Shown here in pieces: positions 1 through 11,900 of a DNA stretch of 38,297 bases. Position numbers and translations under genes: made by a program. Below the pieces are notes generated by a model. The model saw only the letters and a list, made by a program, of their open reading frames with translations, was not told the DNA's origin and did not search any database. Source of the DNA: Macrostomum lignano (Eukaryota); contig NIVC01004680.1 in NCBI GenBank assembly GCA_002269645.1, forward strand, positions 1 to 38,297, in the 5' to 3' direction. Every line of letters begins with the position of its first letter. The first letter of the stretch is position 1.

Positions 1-1589
1 GACCAAAAACATGTTTGTAAATAGTAGGTTTACTAAAGTTTGTAAACATTCACCTCCATTTCATTTGCCTTTCATCTCAGCATCTCAGCAAAATAGTGAG
101 AGAGGCTTTTTAGATAGCGACTGTGTTTGGTCATGAGTTCCTCCGCACTCAAGTAAATAAATTAAATGCACTTTAGTAAGCGAATAACTTGAATTGGACT
201 GAATGTTTTGTGAAAGTGAGCTTGCAAAGCGCCATTTATTGCCTTGTTATTTGTTGATACTGCTGATTTGGTGGCAGGGAAGTGGGTGGGGGTCTGTAAA
301 ACTAACCAATACGAGCCTGGGGAATATTATTACTTTTGTTCAATTTGGCATGCCATAATGAAATGTCATTGGCTTTTATTATATCTATACTTAGGAAAAA
401 CTTTTGTCAGCTTATCTTTATTTTTTCTGGCTAAATTTCAAATTGTATTTTTATCTTTAAAGGTTGCAACTAGTTTTTTACTACTTTTTATTTAGAGTTT
501 ATAGTAAACTTTGCTTTTATAAAATTGTACTTTATTTCATTCACATTTTAATGTTTTTAAAGAAAAAATACTAACCCTCATTTTAACTTTTTTCACAATT
601 TCTACTTTTATCAGCTTATTGGAGCATATAATATCACATAGAATGCTTATTTGTATTGTATAAAACTATCTGGACAATTTATAATGCCATCACTTTACTT
701 TTGGAATAAAGAAAGCAAATAGTATAAACCAAATTTAACAACTTTGCATCATTATGTTATGTTTTATTTCTAGATCCTAACATTTTTTGTTCAACCTTGT
801 TAACACATGTTGCTTGTAATATTTTAAAGACCTGATCCTGATTCCCAGATCCCAATCCTAATCCCAAAATTTTTTCCCAATCCTGATCCTGCACAATGAT
901 TTCAATCCTATCCAACCTCTATTGATTTGTAATCATTCATTCGTTATAGTTTGACACTGCTATGAGTAAGACACTAACTCTTGGCCTTAATCTTAAAGAT
1001 TGGTATATATTAGGGTTCAAAATTCCTATGACTAGGCCTAGGCCTATTAAACTTAAAAAGCCACAACCAACTAACTTAAAAACCTTCCTTAGCCTTAGGA
1101 CTTTATACTCTTGATCTGGACTCTTCCTCCTTTTATTTGGGTGCCAGTTGTTTGTCTGCCAACAGTTTGTCTGCTGAGCAGACATTCCTTTCTCTTTAAA
1201 TTTATTTGTCTACTGGGAAATGATGGTAGGAATGCAGAATAAGATGGGAGCTGCCTAACAATCTCTTTGTTGATATTGGTTAAAGTGCTGCAGGCGTTGG
1301 TCTCATTGAATATGACAATATATACTAGTTATAGATACATGCCATTAAGGAAAAGGTTTTTTATTAGAGGGGGAGACATGGTATGCAACAACTCTAGATT
1401 TGAACCAACACATGTCTTGCATCTAAAAATTGTTGAAAAAGAAAAACAATTTGTTAATATTTATTATCTCTAGCAAATTTTCAACTGTTTTAGTTCAAGC
1501 TTTAGTTCAAGCTACTACAAGACATATATCAATACTTTGGAACGTAGGCCGCGGCGGCGGCGGCCGGCCACCTATGCGCTATGCCTTAC

Positions 1590-1655
1590 CTTCTTGTTGC
1601 TGAGTAGTTTCATTTTTCCAGAAACAACGACAGAGACGGAGTTTGTACTTGACAT
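1590..1655 (-). CDS. Probable first coding exon of a separate gene running off the left edge (MSSTNSVSVVVSGKMKLLSNKK)
   Basis: AAAAATG start, 22 open codons, consensus donor AAG|GTAAGG followed by a short GC-rich patch; no downstream exon identified. Confidence 0.4.
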
Positions 1656-2614
1656 TTTTATATATTAAGGGGCAAAGCCTTTTATTTTCTTGCCTTTTAG
1701 TAAATTTCCGATTGTAATTTTAAACAGTTTCTTAATAAAACTAGACCGTCTACGGGCCTAGAATTATTAATGTATAATGTGGCAAGGAATTCTAGGACAC
1801 CAGCAAATTCAAAATTTTAATTTTTGTTTTGCGGGCTAAACAAAGATTTACTTGAGCCCCTAAACTTCAAAGGGAACATAAGCTTGCTTTAAAAAAATAA
1901 CGTATCCTACCTAAGTTGCACTATCTAATAAGGCTTAGTGCATACATACGACTAGTATGGCTATGGTACGTAATGCCTAACACCACGTGAGTAAAACCAA
2001 GCTATTTTTAGAGCCGGTTATGTGGCAGTGATTCAGTGAGGCACAACTTACTCCCGATAGGCCTATCGTTCTCGAGACTAGAATAGGGTTCTAGTCCTAC
2101 CCTCCAGCCCGGAGTGACAGCTAATCCATTATGTCCTACTCAATGCTAAGGATCTGACAGCGGTGTCGGAAAATTTTTCAAAGTGGGGGGGCTATTTGGT
2201 GGGAGGGCCACATTGCATATACATTTTTGTAATCGAAGGGCACCCTAACACCTGATTTTATGTAATTTTGTGACATTGTGAAAACCAGGCCAATATTCAA
2301 TTCTATGTTGGAAGTCGGAAGATGCTCGAATTTTCAACTGATTCAAACATTGCGCAACGGTACTGCACCATTAATTTATCTAGTAAATATCCCAAAGGAA
2401 TGAAAATTGCAAGGGCAAGACCAATCAGTTAATTTTCTGGATCTCTTGGCTACCTCCTTCAGTTCCTCTTGGCGTTGCATGCCTCTTTATTCTTTTAGCT
2501 GACGGCATTTTAATCATTTTGGTTGCAGCGCCAGCAGCGGTTTAAGTCTTGGGATTGCGGTTAGACTCGACAACAACAACAACAACGGAACACGCGTTCA
2601 GCGCCTCAGGGCGT

Positions 2615-3378
2615 GCCAGCCGACGTTTGCCAGCTGACGTTTGCCAGCTGACGTTTGCCAGCCGACGTTTGCCAGCTGACGTTTGCCTGCGGGACGTTTG
2701 CCAGCGGTACGTTTGCCTGCGGGATGTTTGCCTGCGGGACGTTTGCCAGCCGACGTTTGCCAGCCATGGCCAAACTCCGTTAAGCAGAGTTTGGCTTTTG
2801 AGTTAAGTATATATCAAGGACTACTCAAGTAACCAAGTACTCAAGTCATTGGTATTGGGCGAGATTAATGCAATACCATTATGGATGTCTCAATCTTTTC
2901 CCATATTTAGCTTGTAAACACTAGTTTGTTTGGCCACTGAGATGGAAAGGGCCATTCCATGGCATACATAGACATCAACTGTGACGATGGAAATTTCTTT
3001 TTTGTATTTTTACCTTTCTATTTAGGCAGACAAGAGCAATAACTTCAATAAGCCTGAACAGTTGTTTGTTAGTAAAACCTGTATATTTAATAGCAGTAGT
3101 AGGGAGCGAGGTGGAATTAGATTAGTGCTATGTCCACAGTTTTCAAATGCAAGTACATGCAAGCCTAGAGAGGGCATACTTATTTAACCAATTGCCGCCT
3201 GCAAATTTCCAGCTGGCAAACGTCCCGCAGGCAAACGTCGGCTGGCAAACGTCCCGCAGGCAAACGCCGGCCGGCAAAGGTCCCGCTGGCAAACATCGGC
3301 TGGCAAACGTCGGCTGGCAAACGTCCCACTGGCAAACGTCGGCCGGCAAACGTCCGGCAAGGCAAACTTCGTAGACCC
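2615..3378. mobile_element. Foldback/MITE-like element with terminal inverted arrays of 14-15-bp units
   Basis: 2615-2765 is (GCCAGCCGACGTTT/GCCTGCGGGACGTTT)n; ~3200-3378 is the reverse complement (GGCAAACGTC...)n; ~430-bp AT-rich interior; no TSD found. Confidence 0.65.
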
Positions 3379-3942
3379 GGTCAGACCACAGACTCCTCCT
3401 GATCTGCGACTTGCGGCTCCGCGACCAGCTCTACCGACCACCAAAGCAGCGGCCACGGCACTACTATCGCGCACTGTTGGACACCTGCGTGAAACGTCAA
3501 TTCGCGGGTGCCTTCGTCGCCACGCTTGGAGACCAGCGCGAGGCGGAGTATTCCGAGACGTGGACGCTGACGGATACGCTAGAGCGGCAGCTGGACTCGG
3601 CGCACTCAGGGCTGCTCCGTGCGGCCTTTCGAGCTGACGAGAGCGTCGGGACCGAGGCCCTGTACGATCGGGCCAAGCTGCAGCGCCCGTCCACCATCAT
3701 GCGCCGGCGGCGACTTCAACTGGCAAACCACGTGATCCGGGCCGAGGGCTACTGCCCCCAACCTGTTCAGGACGTCCTGCTGCTCACCTTGCAGGGTCCC
3801 TTCAGGCGGGGTCAGGCCCGAACCCGTCGATTCGTGGACTGCCTGCTGTGCGACGCTGGGGTGCCCGACACTGCCAACGGAGCGGACTTTGTTCGTTCCC
3901 AGGCTCTGCGGCGCGCCATCTGACGCGCCCTGCTAGCTAGCT
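3375..3942 (+). mobile_element. Internally deleted RTE-like non-LTR retrotransposon relic
   Basis: In-frame SDHRLL (end of APE endonuclease) at 3381, then YSETWTLTDTLERQLDSAHSGLLRAAF...MRRRRLQLANHVIR...RGQARTRRFVD, the typical RTE post-RT C-terminus; stop at 3923; short (CTAG)n tail. Confidence 0.75.
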
Positions 3943-5807
3943 AGTTACTTAGACGAGTTAGTCTGCTTGTGTAGTTAACACCCTTGAAGGCACAGTGAAG
4001 TGTATATGGCTAACGATAGATAAAGTTAGGGCCGCTGTATTTAACTCAGTAGTCAAAGTGCTCCAAAGCAATCAGGGCACGGCATGAAATGCAGACCAAT
4101 TCAGGTAACAAGCAACAGGAATTACGCAGTTTGGTCAATCAAAATGTCCGTCTTGAGCCACAGCCGAAGACTCTCACAGTCACAGTATTCTGTGCTCACA
4201 GTTGCCGTCAGTCATTACTCGCACTTCTTCCAATAGCCAAGCACCCCGCCAGAAGCCAGTAACACTCTTTTCCCGGAGCAGCGCTTTGAGCAGCAATACG
4301 AGGCTGCACTGTCCTTACAGATACTGCCTTTCTTGTCGCACTCCACTTTAACGCACGCGATTGAGCAGCCTGTATGTGAATTTTGTATGCGATTGATTAA
4401 TAATAGTCTTGCCAACCAGCAAGCCAAGGATGTAATTAAATAAAATTTGGCTCAATATTCCCGCGAACCTCACCGAGAACCGCGAGCAGGACAAGCAGAA
4501 CTAGCAGCACGAGTAGCTGGGTCTTCATTTCGAATATTTTAGTTTGGCTTGCAAGTCTTTAGCTTTAGCTTGCAAAAAAGTTTGCTTGGGGTCAACGCCT
4601 GTTCGCGTAGGAGCGCAGAGGGAATCTTTTGATGTCTATGGCAAAAGCCATCGAGGTAACACTGTTTACCGCGGGACCTTTTGCCCAGGGGGCTGACGAC
4701 TACGTCCGTTAATGCCATAGACATATTAATCATTAGGCGCCAGCTGGTGGTTAGTTATGCACTCGCCCCTGACTTGTCCAAGGGCACTGAATGATTTTCC
4801 CTCGTCCGCGAGGTCGATAAGTCTTTCTTGTCTAAGGCCTGAATACTGTCTTGGTTATAGTGAAGCTGCATACACGAATTTAATTGTGTCTAGTTTCGTT
4901 TGGGCCACAAACGATTGCGTCGACGGAAATTGTGAACTAAGTAAATTTTTGCGCGCCTTTCAGGCATCGAAACAGGAATACAACAGATTGCTTATCTGCG
5001 AATAGTCTATGGTCAAGCCGCCCACCATTTTTGGATATTCCCAACGGGTTATATTTGGATATACCCATTGCAGATAAGCAATCTGTATATTCCTGTATTA
5101 ATGCGTTTGCGAGGATATTTTTTATTCAATACAACAAAGCTGAATAAACAGATTGTATAACATGTACGAAAACGGCCGTAACGTGGGCATAATGAAACGT
5201 GGACCAATTGTTCCGCAATAATCGATGAGTGGAGCTAGAATCGACAATAATTACACTCACATCGGCCGAATTGCATGGTTTGTTCCGCATGGGATCCTCG
5301 GGGCAAGCCTCTTCTTCGCTTGGCAGTGGTGGCAGAGCATCATCGTTACCGCATTCAATGAATCGGATGAACTCCATCAACTCTTCGTCATACGCCTCGT
5401 CACGTCCACCCATACTCAAGTCGCTGAGAAAGTTGACCTCATTTCCATTCAAGCCGTCAATGCTTTCAATCGGCAAATTCGACCAATTTATCATTCGTAT
5501 GAGTGGCATGAGTAGAGGTTAGGGCAAACAGAAGAAACCACAGAACTTACAGAAGTTCTGTGGAAGAAACAGGAACATGCATCCTCTGCTGCAGAGTTCC
5601 AGCTTATAAGACCACAACTTCAATTCATTTAACATGTTTCGTCTATGGTAATTTCAGACTGTTCCGCTTAACTTTTCGTTCCAGACGTTTAGTCTATGGC
5701 CTTTATTTGGCTTGCGCCAAGTGGAAAATGCCTATGACACAAATCCCTAGAATCGCTTAGTGAACAATTCCCGTCTGGGAAGTTGTGTCCTAGCCGTTTT
5801 GAATTGG

Positions 5808-5951
5808 TTTTTGGACGAAACTAGACACAATTTCTAGTTGAGCAGCAAGTTTGAGCAGCCGACCTACCGACCTACCGGCCTCGACGCTATGGCAGTTGTG
5901 TGTGAGGCGTGAACTCTCGATAGTGGAATTGTGTCTAGTTTCGTCCAAAAA
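5808..5951. repeat. 144-bp unit bounded by a perfect 25-bp inverted repeat
   Basis: TTTTTGGACGAAACTAGACACAATT (5808-5832) and its exact reverse complement (5927-5951); 18-bp partial copy at 4882-4899. Confidence 0.85.
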
Positions 5952-8329
5952 TATCTCTACCTCTTGATAACCTTGATACCTCTTGATAATCATAGATTGT
6001 GTTGCCTATAAATGCTAACTTAGGGACGAATTAAAGTGTGCCTGACAAAAACAGCTGTCAGTGACACAAGCCTGCACTGACACAGGAGAGTCTAGATACA
6101 TGAGTCTGGCACAAGCGCCCAGTCTAGATACATGATCTGGCACAAGTGCAGTCTATGAGTCTGGCACAAGCTTTCTACACTAGCCGTCCATCTAATAGTG
6201 AAGAGAAGTGATAATTTTAATAGTTTTTATAAATTTAGCTCGTACTACTAGAAAGTACACAACATGAGTAGGCTGTGCGAGTTTTAATTCGTTTTGTAGC
6301 AGGAACCATTATTCAGCAATAAGCAGATCGGTCAATAATTGAGTCTCTTGGACGGACCAGGCCGGTGCGGCAATGATGGAGTCGATGGCGGAGAACTTTT
6401 AAACTCTGACTAAATCCAGATTAGGTACAGCATACGGTTCGTCTTCGTGTTGAACTTTTCTAATAAAACTCTTTCCCAAAGCTCGTAACAGAATGCAAAT
6501 GTACAAAAGGAATTTATGCTTCTAACTGCCTTATTTTTGCGAACACTTGCATGTACAGAAAACTTTTTATTCTGTACGTTTCAGTTTTTATTAACAGAAA
6601 TTGATATAGAAATTGAAAATATTAATCAGTTTCTGCTGGACAAATATTGCTGGTCATGCGGCAAATTATAACAAACAAAATTTCCAAGTGTTTTTGTGCG
6701 AGAGCATTTTAAAAAAGTTAGAAAAGCAGCAAGCAGAATGATGCGGCGGCTATGTTGTTGCCAGGTACTCAGTCAGGTAGCCTTCCCTGCCGCCGCCACC
6801 GGTGGGTTCGTTTGAACGCGTCTGGCTTTCCTGGAAAATTGTTCGAATAAAAACTGGTTTGACCCGACCGAATGATTGACAATTCCAGAGCCAATTAATG
6901 TAAAATCGTGCATCCAAATATTTATCAATAAGTAGACTAAAACAAACTGAACCAAAGACGAAAGTTTTGAAAGTAGATATATAAATTCAGTTTATCTAAA
7001 GAGTACATAGAATTTTGTATCTGCATGCTTTCCGACTATACTACTCATGGCATTGTTGGATGCATTAGCTTTGGCGCCGAACGATTTTATCATTGTTGAG
7101 TTAAACAAATTCCTGCTCATAAACTTGCTTGTTTTATGATTTCCTTGTCAATAGTGCAACTATGTTGTTAGGTGAAATTCGATAAAACAAAATGTAATAG
7201 CGAAAGTACAAAGGGATAGTAAAAAAACTAAGGAAAGATACAATAAAATCAAAACCAATTTTTATGTCATATGTTGGCAGGCGTGAATATTTAAATGTTC
7301 TGATTTGTGTGTCCGAGTGCTCCGTGTCGGGGTCACTGCATTGCTACAGGAAATCTCCGGATTTTTATGCACATTTAAACAAACATTACGCATTTCATTA
7401 GATTGTATTTTAGTAAAGGAACGGTGTTTGAGCTGAAGTTGTCTGGGCTTGCGCCCATACAGTCCAGCTTTGTTTTAATAAACCGATCTCCGTGCAACCG
7501 TGCAATCCACGCTGTGCAGACAATTCGAGAAAGTGAAAAATGGCCAAGGAGAATAAAATTAATGCCATTATTAACAAATTTATTACTGAGAATGGCGGCT
7601 GGGCCGACGGAGGCGTCGGGATCGAAGGGCTGTCAGCAAAACTTGTAGTTGTACTCCTAGGAATGGCCAGAGAGATGCTCAGTTAGAGGCAGGGGGCCTG
7701 TACACCCTGGCGCACTTCAAGCAACATTGTCACACCACCGGCGAGAGGCATTGCTGCCCATTCCGCCCACTCCCCTGAGCAGGCACACAAGCGCGCGGAT
7801 ACGTACGCAGTCATACGCACAGGCACACACTCACACAGGAGTGTACAGCGGCCCCAACTTTACTAATCCTTAAGCATGTACACTTCCCTGTGTCTTGCGA
7901 GTTGGCCGTCAGGGGCTTTTATTGCACGAGCAGAGCCAAACCGAGATTCCAATTAAGCCCCAAATTAATGCGACTGCACTTGGAATCGAGCCTGGGCCGC
8001 TGGCACATCAGAGCATCGCGCCGCCCCAAGGTCCGTATTCTGATTCATTTTTAGTCATCGAAAAAATAATTTTTTCTAACTACGAGACCGCGACTTTTAT
8101 CGACCTATCTTTTTGCACTTTTCTGCACAACTGGTCATTGAAGCTGTAGGCCATTCAACTGTCATGTCCTTCCAGACTTCATGGGGAGGTGCGGACGTTT
8201 TGACGGCAAACGTCTTACTTAGTAGGCGGAAAATTCTAGAATTATCCGGGGATCCATGGTATGCCACTGAAGCGTTGCGTATTAAATGAAGTACATTTTG
8301 AGGAAGGTATTTCTCTTTTTGATTTGTCC

Positions 8330-8973
8330 CTAGCGGTGCGATCTCGCAGACTCCAGGCTCACCTGCAGCTCCCAGGGATCTTCTTCATCATCGCTGTCGG
8401 ACCCGGTGGTGGTGTACTGCCCGCTGTCCACCCGGACGTCTTGTAGGCGGATCTCCGCCACTGCGGGCGCCATCTCGCCGGCGATGCCGCAACGACCAGC
8501 GTCCGGAGCATCGACGGCGTCGGCGTTGTTTTCTACAACGTCAACGACAAGGGCTTCTTCAGCCTTACCGACGTCGGGCGAATCGGCATCGGCGACGACC
8601 TCCTGCGGCGACTCCTCCTCGACATAGAGCTGGCGCTGCAGAATTGAGTTCCGCTTGCCCTGCCGCTGCCCCGACGGCCGGCCGTTCATCGTTGGTCGCT
8701 CGGCATCAGGCGACGATGGCGTCGAGTTGCCGCCCTTGTCGACAGGCACCGCTGTCGAGGCAGCGGTGGAGGCTGCGGTGTTAGCAGCGTCCTCCACGAT
8801 GGTGTCCAGCCCAGAGGACTGTCGGGAGGTGCTCGGCGGGGTGCCGAGGTTGTTGGTGAGGGCGCTGAGCGAGCGGCGGTGCTGCGCCCCGGCGATGCCG
8901 CCAAAGATGCCGGCGGACATGGCGGCCATGGACTTCAGGGCGTTGTTGGACTGGCGCTTGCTGATGTTTACGA
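8330..8973 (-). CDS. HVCN1: Hv terminal exon, low-complexity C-terminal tail
   Basis: Pyrimidine-rich acceptor ccctcccgcccacacag|TC completes Phe; VNISKRQSNNALKS runs into ORF 8330..8929 and TAG at 8332-8330; GC-rich codons. Confidence 0.75.
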
Positions 8974-11900
8974 CTGTGTGGGCGGGAGGGACGGCAGAGG
9001 GTTTCTAGTTGAACTATTTCTCGGAAACCAATGCCTAATATTCAATGATGAGATTCTTGGAAATCATTTTCTTATATAGTATGTCGTAGAAACCGATGCT
9101 TTAGTTGCGACGAACCCTTGGAAACAATGATGTAGTTTTCCTAGAAACTAATCCCGTAGTTCTCTTAGAAACAACTAATGTAGTTTTCTCAGAAACCAGT
9201 GCTTTAGAATTCCTAGAAGAATTGTTATTACTCGTAGATTCCCAGACACTTGGCTGCAGGGTGGTCCGTAGACACAGTGGTTAAGCGTGGGTCGCCCATT
9301 CCGCTAGATCCCAGACGTAGAGACACAGAAGATGATCTCCATTACCGAATCACTTGAAATCTTTGCTACTTTCCGTAAAAAAAGTTCTCTTCGCTCATCC
9401 TTGTATTTAGATATTAAGTTAGCTTAGACTAGAAAATGGAATGTCTGACTCAATAATTCCCGCCTGCGTTCTGCAGTCCGCAACACGTGGCCCATCTAAT
9501 GAACTTCTCGCGTCTGCTCACGCTGAAGCCCCCCCCCCAACTATCTGGCTGAGGGTCTGCGTGCGCTGCGAAGTGCAGCGGAAGAGACGAAGAAAGAGCG
9601 ACCTCTCAGCTCAGGACTCGAGCCCCCGGGGGCGCTTGGGATTCCGATGCTCCCCAAACCCCCACTGGATTCCCGCCAATAGACGGGACAAAAAGCGCTC
9701 AGGCGGCCACTGAGGCCTCCTTGACAGACAGGCGGCCTTCGCGGCGCAGGAAGCTGGCGACGACTGCTCGCGGACTTTTGGCTCGCGCGCGCGCCCCCAC
9801 TTCAGAATTCTATCCGCCTGCCTGCTCCAGGAGCTGCTACCGGCTGCCACTTGAAAGCCATTTATCATCTTCTTGACGACCAGAAAGGACGGACGGACGG
9901 CCGCCGCCGGAAGGAAAGCCCGCAGTCTGGCCGTGGGGCGAGGCGGCTGCACTTTTCACTGGGAACTCCATCAACTGGTGCTACGAAGAGCGCTGAGAGG
10001 GGGGCTGTCCCTCTTCACTTCTCTCTCTCTCTTTGTCACCCTTGCAGCCCCTCTTCTTCTTTTCACTCTGGCTGTGGATCTCCATTTCCACATATCCCTA
10101 ACACGCATTCGCTCCCCATCTCAGTCTCCCCATCATCTCAGTTTCCTCACTTCTGACACGCTGGAGATTGACGTTAAAAAATAGAATTCACAGCTCAGGT
10201 GAGGCAACTCACACCGCGGCTTGCAGTTGGCAATCTGCTCCTCCCCGCCGCCCAGTTCTCTGCAGAGCTCCTCCAGGAACAGGATGTGCTTCTGAAAGTG
10301 AACAGCGAGATTGTGGTTGGCGCTCTTGCTGGCAGCTGCTTCTCTGCTCGAGTTATCCATCATGCGCGCCGCCTCGACTCTCGGGCCCTAATTGATCCCC
10401 GGCCGCCTGTCCCGCCCCGGCTAATCCCCTACTGCTGCCAGGCCGCGAGATCATTCCGCTTCTCAACTTTTGCTACTAGGGGCGGCATAGGGAGACTGAG
10501 TAGTTAATTACCCCAGCCTGTTTGCCCGGGGAATTCGGGGCGCGCTGTTTGCAGACGCATTTCTGGTACAGAATTCCTGCCTCATGTTGCGACAGCCATT
10601 CTGCCCCCCCCTCAGTCCAATCTGAGCTCCCTGCCCTGTGCGGCTCGTGCTTTCTGTCAATAGGCAGCTGGCAGCCCTAAGTAGTATTTGACTTTGAAAC
10701 TCCCCCTGCTTTTATGGCACCTCCTGCAGGTCGCGCTCCGTCTCCAGGGTGTCACACTTCATCTCGGACATTCGCCTGGCTCGCTTCTGCAGCTGGATTC
10801 TGAACTCGCCACGCTGCTTCTCGTGCATCATCAGGCCTGCGGACGGTGTTGCGGCTTTGTTTTAACACGGGGGCTTGAGGGCCCGAAGTCTATGGCCAGC
10901 CCTGCTGCCGGGGCTTGGGGGCCCGAAGTCTATGGCCAGCCCTGCTGCCGGGGCTTGGGGGCCCGAAGTCTATGGCCAGCCCTGCTGCCGGGTTTTGGGA
11001 GACCGAATTCTATGGCCAGCCCTGCTGCCGGGGTTTGGGGGCCCGAAGTCTATAGCCAGCCCTGCTGCCGGGGTTTGGGGGCCCGAAGTCTATGGCCAGC
11101 CCTGCTGCCGGGGTTTGGGGGCCCGAAGTCTATGGCCAGCCCTGCTGCCGGGGTTTGAAGGCGCAAAGTCTATAGCCAGCCCTGCTGCCGGGGTTTGAAG
11201 GCCCGAAGTCTATGGCCAGCCCTGCTGCCGGGATTTGAAGGCCCGAAGTCTATGGCCAACCCATAGACTTCGGGCCGGGGCTTGCTGCCGGGGCTGCCGG
11301 GGCTTGGGGGCCCGAAGTCTATGGCCAGCCCTGCTGCCGGGGTTTGGGGGCCCGAAGTCTATGGCCAGCCCTGCTGCCGGGGCTTGGGGGCCCGAAGTCT
11401 ATGGCCAGCCCTGCTGCCGACAAAAACAGGTTTCGTTCTGGTATAAACAGATTGTAAATTCGCTCTCTTGTATTCGAAATTTTAAACACAGAATTTATAG
11501 GAGACTGGCAATACAAGACAAAGCTGACAGGGAATTACTTATTCAATTTGATGCTATATCAGCGGGTGTACTTTATTGTGACACAGTGTGATACGCAGGA
11601 CCCAGTTAACACCGTGTGGCCACTAAAGGTGTAAGATCATGGTTTAGCTCTAACTCGCCTTGTCAATCTCAAATGCTGCTCAGTGAATAGTGCACCAAAG
11701 TCGCTCAGGCCCTGACTAAAAGAAACGTGAATGGAATGCGAGCCTCGAGAGACACTGGAGAAAGGAAGTGCCAGAGATTGGCTGGGGCAAATTGGGCTGA
11801 GATGCAATTTGTAGTCGGGCCGCAGCTCCCCAGCCCACCGGTGAAATTTTCTGAATTCAAGCGTGCAAACGAGGTACAGGCGAGCTGAGGACATGCCCGA

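Noticed and set aside
4539-4733. CYLDGFC motif reminiscent of Polinton-type nucleases
   Set aside because: Too short, and the downstream catalytic motif is absent.
7918-7923. AATAAA on the minus strand ~410 nt after the Hv stop codon
   Set aside because: Plausible poly(A) signal but common by chance; not reportable without 3'-end data.
9258-9325. AGTGGTTAAGCG tRNA A-box-like stretch
   Set aside because: No B-box (GGTTCRA) and no cloverleaf; at most a decayed SINE head.
9611-9952. Minus-strand ORF in the last Hv intron
   Set aside because: Not needed, since 10213 splices in phase directly to 8973; no recognisable homology.
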